DNA of 64,000 bases, taken from assembly GCA_023920165.1 (NCBI GenBank), contig CP089280.1, positions 1,488,001 to 1,552,000 on the forward strand, given 5' to 3'. Made by a program: the position numbers and the translations under genes. This stretch comes from Curvularia clavata. Lineage: Eukaryota. The notes under the pieces were generated by a model, which was given only the letters and a program-made list of their open reading frames with translations, was not told the DNA's origin and did not search any database. Positions 1 to 12,368 of this stretch are shown piece by piece. Every line of letters starts with the position of its first letter. Within the stretch, counting starts at the first letter, position 1.

Positions 1-925
1 GAGGAAGAAGGACTGGATGTCACTAGGACAAATGAGAGACTGAGCAAGTGATGCTGTGGTGTGTCACTGAACAGCTGTATCATCGATTATATAAAAGCCT
101 TCTAAGATTAACGAAAAACCATGCAGCTATTACCCCACCGCGTGCCTGTATGACGTCCACGGCTGTGCAAGTGTCCGTTTCATGCGTCGCCATATTTTTG
201 CAGCTGATGATTCGACGACTGTTCAGCGAGAGTGATGTGTTTCCTTGGGATCCCAGATAATCCTGGTGGGTAGTCCACGCCCGAAACATGTTTAGTTTCT
301 TTGCATAAACAAACTGGACTGAAGCAAGCAGGTGACAGGCCATTACAGGGCACACTAATTCCGGCAGTTACCCGCAAAAACTATCGAAACAAGGTACTGG
401 AATGCTTCATCTCATATTGGAGAGTTGCCAGGTGGGAAGGTACAGTCTCTTAGTGCTAGGGTTCAAAGTCTACACTTGCGATGGCGACTATTTGGGGTGG
501 GGACGAGCCCTACTAGGGGATTGCTGGTCTGTGTTCATATCCCTGTATGCTAAGCTCTCTAGCAATGGCTGCGCAGTATAGTCGTTTGTAGTGCACAGGA
601 ATCATCGTGGTGTACTCATCGTGATGATTCCCCTGCGGAGATAACAGGCACGTAGCACGGACCACCACGGCATGGTGAGACAAGTCAGAATGAAGTTGAT
701 GACCCTCTGGAATTTAAGGCATGCTTCAAACACGGCGGGGCAGTTTGAAGACGGGCGGCCCTTGACACCGGGTCACCGACATGCAGGTATCGATTGCTAG
801 CCGTCAGGGCCGTTGAACGTCGGTACCCGTGCGCGTTTCCCCACACTCGGTCACGTAGCATTGCATGGCGAAGATCATGGAACCTGACTCCCATGCTCGA
901 ATGGAAGAAACCAATCATACTCCCT

Positions 926-2080
926 CTAGACACTTTCCATGGTATCCGGTGGCATCGAGTCATCCAGGTCCCTGTTTTCAATAGTTCGTTTTACAGAGCC
1001 ATCTTGTTTCATCACACTTCCTTTCCTCTTCCGCGGGCCGGCATTATCAGAAGCGATGTGCATTCTCGCCCATTTCTTGACTCTTGAGAATGCTTCATCA
1101 ACCGAAGCAGGCAGTTTAGCAGAATGAACACCAGAGATTCCGTTGCTTTTCATCAAGACTTGAATGTCTGTTCGAGCGCGTGCAATAGCTGGATTCAAAG
1201 ACTGGCCAAAGACTGTGTCGCGGAAGGATGTGAGTGCGATATTCCTCAACAGGATGATGTCGCCGACCTTGATGTCTTGAAGAGTTTGAAGGATGGCGCT
1301 TTGAGCTCGTATGCGCTCACTGTTCGAATTTTGGCTGGGGTGCATCCAGAAAGCTACCTTGAAGCCAGAGAGGGAGTCATCTGCTATGATGATTTCCCAA
1401 AGATCCATTTTGTAACCACCCCTGCGAACAAAGACCTCTCGCGTTTCTGGGTTTGCCGTTACAGCACAGAGAAAATTAGGCGTCGGTGTCTGGGGGTAGA
1501 TGGCTCGCAGCCGCTGTGCACTAGGAAGCGAAGCAAGCGATGTTATACTCAACTTGGCTGGAAGATGAAGAACGACAGGGTATTCATCGGCCTTCTCGAG
1601 GCCACTGAAGTCCGAGGTAGTGGTTTCGAACGATGTGGAAAGGAAGGAAGAGGAGTTGATAGTACTCTCAGTCCCTTCTTCTGACACCACTTGAGAGGAA
1701 ACTAATGTGTCATGGAAGATGAGCGAATGCTCAATCATAGCATCGGTGGTAAACGTTGGGTCCAAGAAGCTGGCGGTAACATCAAGCATCGTGTCTTCCT
1801 TTGCAAAAGACGGAAACCGGTCTATTGCGGGGAGCGAAACATCGGCTATATTGCTGCCCAGTATAGAGCTGGGTAGATAAGGCTGCTGCCATTCTGCCTG
1901 GAGTCGTGTATTCTTTTTCGCAAGGCAGCGCCATTTCATCGCCGGCGTAGATTCTGCCACATTCGTCTCCCGTGTTGAGATGACATTGAAAGCGCCGCAT
2001 TCATGAGCAGGCAAAAGAAAGTTCTCGCTGAAATCCAAATCTTCACGGCGAGGTGCGCCATTGAGCATTTTGAGCTTCAT
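926..2080 (-). CDS. Conserved fungal nucleic-acid-binding OB-fold protein, single exon, ~384 aa
   Basis: Long ORF with likely ATG at 2080 (MKLKMLNGAP). S/T-rich linker followed by a beta-rich C-terminal block (YPQTPTPNFLCAV...MDLWEIIIADDSLSGFKVAFW...VGDIILLRNIALTSFRDTVFGQSL) that resembles an OB fold. Confidence 0.7.
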   Translation of the reverse strand: MKLKMLNGAPRREDLDFSENFLLPAHECGAFNVISTRETNVAESTPAMKWRCLAKKNTRLQAEWQQPYLPSSILGSNIADVSLPAIDRFPSFAKEDTMLDVTASFLDPTFTTDAMIEHSLIFHDTLVSSQVVSEEGTESTINSSSFLSTSFETTTSDFSGLEKADEYPVVLHLPAKLSITSLASLPSAQRLRAIYPQTPTPNFLCAVTANPETREVFVRRGGYKMDLWEIIIADDSLSGFKVAFWMHPSQNSNSERIRAQSAILQTLQDIKVGDIILLRNIALTSFRDTVFGQSLNPAIARARTDIQVLMKSNGISGVHSAKLPASVDEAFSRVKKWARMHIASDNAGPRKRKGSVMKQDGSVKRTIENRDLDDSMPPDTMESV

Positions 2081-2591
2081 TTGTTGAATATGACGCGTCT
2101 GCACGCCAACACACGCGGCACAACTATAAGGCAGCAACGTAGCTGACACTTCCCATTGGCGTAATTAACAGCCAAACAGTAGCTTTGTAATGCAAATGTG
2201 GAGCCGAGTAGGAGAGACTTGGGGGTTCGGAGAAGAAGAACAACTCCGGGTGACGATGATAGCTTGCTCCGAAGGGTGGTCCTTGCTTGCCTGCTTACGC
2301 GCTCAACTGGCTCGGACGCTGTCCGAAAGCCCGTGTCATGGATAGGGACATAAAGCCAGCTGACCGCCACAATTGAAGATTGTCGATGTAAAATTGCCGC
2401 ATCCGTATTCCAGACGAGAGAGACTTACTCCGGCCTTCATCCACTCTCCTAACTAGACACGGGGCTAACTGCAGTTGGGGCGCCCACATTCCGAGGCTTG
2501 GCGATCTAATCTACTAATCTGATATAAAATGTCCCAAACAGCACCCTCCCAGAAGCCCCACCGGCCGATCAACGCATACAGAGTCCCTGCC

Positions 2592-3816
2592 ATGTTACGA
2601 AATCTATCATACAAGCTGACTTCAGCACTGTCGTCCTCTGAAGCCTCTCCTACTAAGGACAGCAACGGATTTACCAAGGCATCGAAAACAGGGGATTTGT
2701 TTCCGGCTACCGATCCAGCGATTGATGGCGAAGACTGTCTGCACGATTGCGCAAGTTGCAGCGTCAAGTACCCCCGAAAGTTCGATATCGATGAAACAGA
2801 GGAATTGTACGGTCATGTGAAAGGATTCAATACGCACTTGATTGTTGCAACAGGAAAAACCGACTGGGTACGAGATGTCGCCGACGAGAAGGGCAGTATC
2901 ATGGAGGCAGTCGACCGAGGGACAGTAAAGCCTAGCAATGGAGTGAGTCTGCCAATATTCAGAGATGAATCCAGGGAAACTGTGGCGCGCGCAAGTGGAT
3001 GTTAACCGTACCCAGAAACTCATGTTGTCAGCCTCCAACATCCCCGTCCCAGACCACTCCGACCACAGCTCCATGGTCCTCCTGCTACCATCGTGGCAAT
3101 TCATAGACAATGTCACGCCTGCAAACGTACCGGAACTCATTACCGGCTTCGTCAATCCCGGTCCTACAAATAACACCCCGTTGCGCTCGCGAGCCGCCAC
3201 CTTGCCTACCTCCACATCACCGGAAGAGTCTTCTTCCGGGTCCTCGTCCACCCCCGATACACCCGCGATACCGTCGTCCCTACCCGCAACCTCACAACTA
3301 AAGGCGCGACCATGTCCCCACAAATATCTCATACTGATGTGCAGTCAAAAGACGCGCGATGCGCGCTGTGGGCAGTCGGCGCCTCTGCTGCGCAAGGAGT
3401 TTGAGCGATTACTGAGGCCCATGGGGCTCTACCGCGATCTCCATGACGAACGACCCGGAGGCGTAGGAATCTACTTCATAAGCCACGTCGGTGGCCACAA
3501 GTTCTCGGCCAATGTCATGGTCTATCGCCACTCGTCGGTCGTCTCGCGGCCCGAGGGAGCAACCAACGGCACTGAGAAACGGCTTGCAGATATGAAGATT
3601 GAGGATGAACAAGGTCAGGAAATCTTGCTGGACGCGAACAAGGAACAGGAGGCTGAGGGTAATGGTGAGGCTGCGCAATGCATATGGCTTGCCAGGGTGA
3701 AACCTGAAGACTGCGAGAATATTATCAAATATACGGTGTTGCAGGGCAAGGTTGTAAAGCCTGAAAGGCAGCTCCGGGGTGGGTTTGATAGGTGTAAGCA
3801 GCTGGCTAGCTGGTAG
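2592..3816 (+). CDS. APD1: Sucrase/ferredoxin-like (thioredoxin-like [2Fe-2S]) protein, Apd1/Aim32 family
   Basis: Exons 2592-2942 and 3016-3816 (GTGAGT...CCCAG intron, phase 0). Motifs: N-terminal CLHDCASC, ILMCSQKTRDARCG and SHVGGHKF (Cys2-His2 cluster ligands), ending LRGGFDR...SW. Confidence 0.85.
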
Positions 3817-4510
3817 ATGGTCTTACGATAAATGTTTGAAATGCTTGAGGAGATCCTTCTTGCTGTAGACGATGTATACCCCACTGCTGGTGGCAGTTTG
3901 TGTAGTAGATTTTCGGTTTACGGCATATCTAACATACGCCTCGGTGTCAATATAGTTTGTTAATGGAAAGCATATGATTTCAAATACAAGAGCGACTACA
4001 TGCAGCTAATAGAAGCATTGATTGGGTATCTAAGTTTATGGTGATATTGGAACAGGCTAGTGTACTATACGAACCCCCGTGCAGAGGCATCCCGATTTTT
4101 GGCTCGCGAGGTTCTCAGTATTCATCTTTGAGACCACGGTGCATATAAGAGCCATGTGCTGATTCCTACTGATTCCTGTCTGATAATCGATACGACATAG
4201 CAGCTGGATGTCGAGCTATGCGTACGCGTATTGGCGGAGTGTTGTGCAGCTCGCCACCGCTCAAAGAACAGTAAGCTTCACGAACGCATCGAGTAAGCTT
4301 TCCTCGAACAAACGACATTGGGGATCTTCGAATTAGTATGTTCGCGAGGAACTTATGGCTGCAACTAGATTCTTCGGCGCAGCAGGGTGACTGAGACGAA
4401 GTGGGGGCGAGATGCCAGAGGTGTTGCGTGCCTGACGGGGGCTCAAAGTAGTCTCTTCGACGGTTGTAGATTCATCGCAGCAAGACCGACATCTCAGCAC
4501 AGCCATCTCA

Positions 4511-5202
4511 TCAACCCGCGGCTTCCTTGACCTTGTCACTGGCAGTAGGCGCTTCATCGATGAACTGCGGTGGTGCGGTCTCGTCGAGCATGAAGTTGGG
4601 TACGCCGGAAGATTCTCCGATGCCCTCAAAGTCCACTTCATCACCCAAGGCCTCCAACTCAGCATCCAGTTCCGACTCATCCACATCCTCCGGTACGTCG
4701 TAGCTGCGGCTTATAGCATCCTGTATGTCGTTGCCCATATCCATAAGGTCTGCCATCTCATCCTGGAGCTTGTCGATCTTATCGATGTTGACCTTTCCGT
4801 ATTGCTTCCGCAATTCTTTCGTCGTTGTCTTCATGGCGTCGATGGTGGTCATGGTGTTCTTGAGGTTATCCTGCATCATGCCGGCTTGCTCCATGTTCCA
4901 CGACTGGGCCTGCAGTTGATCGCGTTGCGCTTCGTACTGTTTCCGCTGCTGCAGGACTTTGAGAGCCTTTTGCTTGATAGCCGTCTTGCCCGGCCCGTCT
5001 CGCATCTTGGAGAGCTTTTGCTGATATGTGCTTAACTCGGCGTTAAGTTTCGCGAGCTTGACATCGAGACTTTCTATCCGTGTGTCGACCTAGGACAATC
5101 AGTATGTGAGATACATACACAAATGCGCACGCCTACATTTGCGATGGCACTGCTGAGCGTCGGCTTGGGCGCGTTGCTCTTTGCTCCAAATAGACGGTTC
5201 AT
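4511..5202 (-). CDS. VPS60: ESCRT-III Snf7-family protein Vps60/CHMP5
   Basis: Exons 5202-5137 (MNRLFGAKSNAPKPTLSSAIAN) and 5089-4511 (VDTRIESLDVK...KQKALKVLQQRKQYEAQ...SRSYDVPEDVDESELDAELEAL). Confidence 0.93.
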
Positions 5203-6811
5203 GGTTGATTAATTTCCTAGGATTATCGCGACAGGCAGGTTGAGTCTCTCAGTATTGTGCATGCAGCTCTAAAAACAAAGACGCGTAGAGGCGGCAGTGA
5301 CGAATGTGGGGTGAAGCGCAGGCAGACAACTATTGATGGTTCCAAGGATGGACCAACCAGGACCATGCCAAGATATACAACGATCTAGCCCAAATAGGAC
5401 ATTCAGAACCTAATGACATCAATCCCTACATCTAGTCCGACAATATGATGATACCAATGAGCTTGTCAGTTTTTATGCAAGCCATTTTCGATATGTAAGG
5501 GCCAGGATACCAGGATGAGGGCGAACCTGGTACTATGACAATGCTTGGCACGGTTGGGAATGGCTGTACCAGCCCTGTATCACGTGACCAAGTGTCCACA
5601 ACTGCCTTCGAGTCCTGGTTTATTTTCCGAGTCTCTTGCGCGCAGCTACTTCACAGCAAGTCTGTATGTATGCTTCATAGAGCCTCTTGTAAGGCTTTAG
5701 GTAGACGACGCAATGAACCATGGTTTTTCAGCGTTATTGACGGCACAAAGAGCTAAAGGAAGCTACAATGGCCCATTGGAGCGCAAACCCATTTCAGTCA
5801 AATGAAAACGGCGCTAAGCTACTTCAATCCATGAAGCAATCTGGACTTTGATTATTCAACCGAGCAACCTGGCAATACAATCGAGGCCTCTCGGTTCTTG
5901 GCCAAAGGGCATGCTTACAAGCGCCGGCCGTTCCCGCCTACGTTGTTCTCTATCACGTGCGTTGCTGCCAAAACTAGCATCACGAGCACCGGGTCATGGA
6001 GACGGCCTTGGGATAGGCATGTGATGGTGCAGAATTTGGTGTCTGACTGTGTTGCTGCCCACCACCGTGTAGTAGGACCCACTCGTGTTTGCGGCTTATT
6101 ACCGATCCGAGCAAAGATGTAGACATGTCCTATAGTCGCAACGAGCACCGGTCTTCAACGTGAAGCCTAGCGTCGTTGATGGCCATGGCCAGCCAGTACC
6201 AGTCTGCGATTGCGTCATGAGCAGGGCCAAGTCTGGTTTGCGAGCACACAATGCGTACTATGTGCCGTGGCGGCTGTTATCAAGGACAAGGAGGTTGCAA
6301 GTAGTGATCTGCGGCACGCTACCAGTACACAGCTCCTAGTCTTGGGCTGTCACCACCAAAAAACCCAACAATTGCCCTCCCCTTGCTGCACCCGCGCCGC
6401 CTCCCTAGGATCCCCGCCGGCTTGTCCCGTGTGCATTAGTAACGACTGTTCACGACACTGCTTGTGCCTGCGTTGCTTGCGACCCTCTCCCCATACGCCT
6501 CGCTTGGTGTTGCCTTCCCCCGCTGTCGTCTTCGCTTGTAGGTACCTGTCCCACCTACTGCACTCAGCCCGCCGGCCCAAGCCTCGACGCGCCCTCTGCA
6601 GTCTCACCCCCGAGTCGCCTCTGCTAACCCAGACGCCTCTCCTCCGCGCAGGCCTTTTTGTTGCATCCGTGTCCCTGCTTCCCATGACGCATTGGTCGCT
6701 GCAGTAGTCCTACGCATGTTCAGCCCCACCGGCCTACAGCTGCTGCTCTCGAGTCCCTCGCCCGGCCCTTCCCCTGCCCCGCCCTTGTAGCCGCAAGCAC
6801 CGCATACGACC

Positions 6812-9800
6812 ATGTTCTGGCGCTTTGGCGGCTACGCACAGCTGTCGTCGCTGGACAGCATTCTCGACAAGCCCGATGTCACCGTCGAAGAGCTGCTGGA
6901 CGAGTCCGATCTGATACAGGAGCTCAAGCAGCAGAACTCGAAGCTTATAGAATACCTTCGCGATGAGAATGTCTTGGAGCGCCTGTTGCGCTATGTCATC
7001 GCCGCGAGGCCCAGCCCCCCGCTCGACGATGAGTCTGGAGGATCGCTGGCACACGAGGCAAGGAGTCCCAGCCGGGCTGGCTTCTTTGGCAGGGTTCGGG
7101 CTCGCTCAACGTCGACCACAAAGTCGGACGCAGGCGACAATGAGGAGAGCAAGGAGGAGCGACAGCGCATGAAGTACGCTTACGTATCGTGCGAGATCCT
7201 GTCTTCTGAAGTATGGTCCATATCAGAGGCTGTTCTGGAGAACCAGGACAGTCTGCGCCAGTTCTGGGCCTACATCAAGCAGCCTGCACCTCTTGATCCT
7301 GTCCAGGCAGGCTACTTCACCAAAGTGAACGAGTCATTGCTTGATCGCAAGATGGAAGAGATGCTTGAATTCTTCAAATCGCTGGATAACGTTGTGCCAG
7401 ACATGCTGCAACACGTTGATTGTCCAGTCATCATGGACCTGTTGTTGAAGATCATCAGCCTTGAAAAGAGCGAGGGTGGCCAAGGCATTGTGGATGTGGG
7501 TTCCCTCATTCCTGTCAAATTGCAAAACTGATAAGAGTATAGTGGCTACAACAGCAAGACCTTATCCCGCGACTGATCGCATTCCTCGGCCCAGAACAGT
7601 CCACTTCGACACAAACCTCGGCCGGGGACTTCCTTAAAGCCATCATTACCATATCTGCCAACGCTACAACACAGGATCAGTCAGTGATTGGGCCAAACGA
7701 GCTCACGCGGCAGCTTGTTTCCGAACCATGCCTTAAGCAATTGATAGAGTACATGCTTCGCGGCGGCAACCCATTGACTGTGGGCGTGGGTATTGTTATC
7801 GAAGTCATCAGGAAAAACAACTCCGATTACGACCTAGAGAACCAAATCGGGCCCGTACCCAAGAACTCAGACCCCATTTACCTAGGAACGCTGCTTCGGC
7901 AGTTCGCAAACCATATTCCACAGTTCATGGAGTTGGTCAACAGTTCAAGTCAGGTGGTGACAGAAACGGACGGCAGCACCACAAAGAAGAAGAGAGAGCT
8001 CAAGACAGCGTTCGGCGACAAGATAGAGCCTTTGGGCTTCGACCGTTTCAAGACTTGCGAATTGATGGCCGAGCTGCTGCATTGCAGCAACATGGCGCTG
8101 CTCAATGAACGAGGAAGTGAGGCTGAAGTCCGAAGAAGAGATGCTGAGCGAGAGCGTCTGAAGGCTGACGGCAAGCTGACTTCGGCCAATCCTGGAAACC
8201 CAGGCGACTTCTCTACCAGCGTTGACAGTCAAGGTTTCCACCACGCTCGTGCTCCATCTATGGACTCACCTGCCGAGATCAAGCCCCTGCACGTCCAGAA
8301 TAGTTCTGAGGACGATTTCGAAAAGGTTGTTGCACCAGAAGTTTCGCTCGAAGACTCAAAAGAGACGATAAACGAGAAGGAGCAGATTGGCGAACCACTG
8401 GAGCCTTCACCTAAGATGGCGCCTCGAGATGCACCAAAAGAAACTTCCACTGAGAAGAAGGCGGGTGACGATGGTGAATTTGTCGATGAGCCTCTCACAC
8501 CACCCAAGGATACCACCACATCCAGTGAGGCGGCGCCTTCTCCTGCCAAAACCGCGGACGATGCAGAGTCCCCCACATCAGCGGGTCTAACAGCCAAGGT
8601 TGACGATCTTGGTTTGGGCAGCGATACTGTTATGAACGATCGCCAGGAACCCTCAGAGCCCTCGAAAACTGAGAAACCTGATGAGATCAAGACCTCGCCG
8701 TCTCTTCTAACCCAGCAACTCAATCAGACTACAGAGTCTAGTAATCTAGATCTCCCAGAGCCTCCTCTTTCACCTCACCCAGACGACAAACCAGCCCCGC
8801 TTTTTGCTGGTAAGAACCGCTCAGGCAGCAACTCGCCTTCAAAGATTGATACTTCACGTTTTACCGCACCCGTTCCGGAGTCAGATCTTTCCGAAATTAC
8901 TCCTATTGACGAGACTCAAAGCGTCCGCTCTGTGGTGTTTGGCAGCACAGAAGAGACCCTAGGCTTCGAAGTCGATATCGACGGCACACCTGTTGTTGGC
9001 GATCTGTTGAAGATTACGTTTGTCGAGAACAAAGTCGTGCCAACTATTCTCGTAAGTTCCTATCCAAATCCAGTTGCTGCGATGCCTAACATGTGTAGGA
9101 CTTTTTCTTCCGTTTCCCTTGGAACAACTTCCTCCACAACGTGGTCTATGATGTTGTTCAGCAGGTGTTCAACGGCCAGATGGAGCACGGCTACAACCGA
9201 CAACTGGCGATCGACCTCTTCGACAGCGGTGCCATAACCGAGCGGATCATCAGGGGGCAGGAGGAGAGTGACCGATCGCACAGAGAGACGCACATGCGCC
9301 TAGGATACATGGGCCACCTTACTCTGATTGCAGAGGAAGTGTTGAAGTTCACCGAGCGACACACTGATGAAGTCTTATCACCTTTAGTCTTGGAAAAGGT
9401 GCATGCTGATGAGTGGGTGCATTACGTTGAAAATGTCCTCGCAGAGACACGAGAGCGTGACAACGCTATTCTAGGAGGAGTACGCCCCGACATGAGCGTC
9501 GGCCCAAGACAAGCAGTACTCAATGCTGTCAACGCAGCAAATAACTTTGGAGGCGACAGTGGAGGGCTCTCCAACGCTAGCCTCGCCGGCAACGGCGCCA
9601 TAGGCCTCGACAGCATGGAGCTCACCAACGCTGGTGACACTGGAGGTGGTGGGTACACCTTCAGCGGAGGCTCCTTGCTCAGTGGCTTTACTAACTCGAG
9701 TGACGAAGAAGACGAAGACATGGACGATGTCGACACCGAGAGAGAACGGGAACATCGACAGGGACCTGTCGACGACTCCGAACAAGTGGGTGAAATCTCA

Positions 9801-10611
9801 TTTGACGATGCTGATATGGACTATCGATAATCACATCGCCCCGACCATACACACTACTGCCACGATCGTTTTCCGCCCTTGGTGCGTTTCTTTTTTCTTA
9901 TAACTGTTTGTATCATGAGTTGGAGCAGGCAAAGGGCTGGCATGCTAGACCCATGGACCAAGCGTCATCTCTTCTGTACATACATTCCTTCGCCATCCGA
10001 CAGGGTGTATGATACATGTAGTAATACACACCGTGAGATATTGTTTTCACTATCTCCTCTGTGTGACGAGATGATTGCCGTGATCTAGCATGCCGTCCCT
10101 GTCGCCGTGCCTGTTTCTCAATTCTCTTTGTTGTTTAATATGGGGGTTTCTCTTCTTGATTTGAGTCATACGCGTTCCATCTCCATCCCGCTGAGAAGTA
10201 TTCACAACCCTTGGTATGCTATGCTGACAGAAAACCTCACAGTCAAGCATTCCCCAGCCTCTACAGGTACAGCCCTCGCGGGCGCGTCGCCAATTCGCAC
10301 TCCGGCTCGCCCAACGCAAGGCCCAGCTCGAATCGACTCGTGAAGCAGAGGAAGACGCCGAAGATCCTTCTGTACCGCCCAAGACCCAAGAAGAGGAAGA
10401 ACGAGAAGGTCACCAGCGTTTTGCCCGCATGTTTGAAGGCATCGAAGACTCGTCTGATGATGAAGACAGCATGCATAGCGGCGAAGGGCACGGAGAGGGG
10501 GGCCATGACTTGGGTAGAAACTCTCCTGAGAAGTGTGCCAGTCCTGAGAAAGAGGACCTTGATGCTGAAGGAGCGATGAGTAGTGAGGGAGGGCGGAAGT
10601 TTGTGGTGTAG
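6812..10611 (+). CDS. SIT4 phosphatase-associated protein (SAPS domain, Sap185/190-like), with two possible C-termini
   Basis: Exons 6812-7495, 7543-9051 and 9099-9785, then 10243-10611; retention of the last intron instead stops at 9830. Hallmarks: MFWRFGGYA, LGFDRFKTCELMAELLHCSNM, DFFFRFPWNNFLHNVVYD, RLGYMGHLTLIAEEV. Confidence 0.92.
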
Positions 10612-11028
10612 TGTTTGATATGGTGCTTGTCCGCTTGCATAGCTTGGTGTGATTTTTCGTCAATAGATCGAGCATATCTCGCTGGTGAGCTGACGACGTC
10701 AGATGTTAGCTGGCGAGGATGTATGCAGTATATGAGATGAATGGATGTGATATACGTAGTAATGCAAGGTTATGAGATACCCATCTGTTTATTTTATAGG
10801 CATTCTGTGTGGTATGTTGATATAAAACAACTCTATCCGGTTGAGTAGAATGTTACATTGGAACTAACTACAGTATCAAAATGTCAAGGTACTGCTTCCA
10901 AGTGGGATGAACACGAAGTATGCATCATGTGACTCGGCGATACGCTAACGCCGTAGCGCGTTTTCGGAATGCGGTCACCAATTGTATCCAACGTTACCGA
11001 CCTCATCATACAGGTAACAAACTCTCAA

Positions 11029-11773
11029 ATGTCCGCGCAGCCGTCCTCAGGCCGTCCCACGTCGGATCGCCGTTCATCTACTGCACCGAAACGAACCTCA
11101 CTCCTCCCGAAGCCCTCATCGATTGTACTAGACTCCTCCGTCCTCATTGCCCAGCATGTACAACTTACCGGCCTTCACCCAATAACAATTGGCCCGAACA
11201 CCGTACTGCATCCACATAGCAAGCTCAGCAGCGCACTGGCACCCGTTGTTCTAGACGAAGGCTGTGTTGTTTTCGAGCGAGCAAAAGTAGGCGTAGGCAT
11301 GGGTCAGGAGCTTGATGCTGAGAGCCGGCGTACCGTCATGTCGTCGGCACGCAGTAACACAAATATCAGAGAGTCAATGAGGAGTGAGGGCACGGTGCTG
11401 GGACGGAATGTAGTCGTCGAGTCCAACGCGGTAGTTGAAGCAGCCGAGGTAGGCGAGGGCACGGTGATTGAGGTCGGTGCTGTGATAGGAAGGGGTAGCA
11501 TTATCGGAAAGGTATGCATGCTTCTCACAATCAATTCCCATGTACAAATGCTGAAATATATCGTAGTATTGCACCATAACAGCTTCGTCATTTATACCGC
11601 CAAATAGCCGTTTGCCAGATTATACCGTTGTGTTTGGCGGCTCTCAGCAACGCATCGATCGCACGTTACAGCTACGACCAGAGATTCTGCATGCTAAGAT
11701 GGCGGTGCACGCGAAACAGCTGGATATGTTTAAGAGATTGGTTCCGAACAATATTGCCAAGTGGTCGTCATGA
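11029..11773 (+). CDS. Trimeric LpxA-like left-handed beta-helix protein, dynactin p27 (DCTN6)-like
   Basis: Exons 11029-11511 and 11567-11773 (GTATGC...CGTAG). Hexapeptide repeats (ITIGPNTVLHP, VVLDEGCVVFE, VGEGTVIEVGAVIGRGSIIGKYC) and a C-terminal helix HAKQLDMFKRLVP. Confidence 0.75.
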
Positions 11774-12368
11774 GCGGTCACCATATTACTGGCAGTGGAT
11801 TTGAGCGCAAACGGTGTCCTGTGTCGGTGAATACTATGAAGATAACGATTACGACGACGGATATGATTCTTATAACGAATTTTTGCGATGGCACGGATGC
11901 CGACGATGGACAATTTTGTGAATGATGATGGAGTTATATGGTCATGGAACATGCAGGAATAGGTCATCATCTGGTGTGTTGCATTGACTGATGTGAGAGA
12001 TACTCTACTCATTGCTTTCATAGGTCGACCGAGAAACTGATACATACCACCATCAGCTAGGCATGATGTACAGCCTCCACGCATGTCAAGCGTCGGGATA
12101 TATCTTACTGTCTGCATATCAATTGCCACGATGAAGTCTTTTAGTTGTTATGCGACGCAATGCATAAAATGGGTTCTTAACGTTATACATGGTCTTCTCA
12201 ACGCCCAGTCTGCAAACGATACCCAATGGCCTCCTCTATTTACCGTATTCTGAAAAAATACCATCACCGCCCCTGTGCATCAAGTGCCAGAATGCAATAC
12301 CATTTAATTCCCTTCCCATAACCACAGTACATTTTATCCGCTCCCCTCGCCGCGACTTCAACTTCATA

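Noticed and set aside
1..900. Short ORFs at the window start, and other 60-130 aa ORFs in 5.2-6.8, 21.2-22.8, 28.3-30.2 and 32-34 kb
   Set aside because: They have no motifs, splice-consistent structure or codon bias, and are consistent with intergenic or UTR noise.
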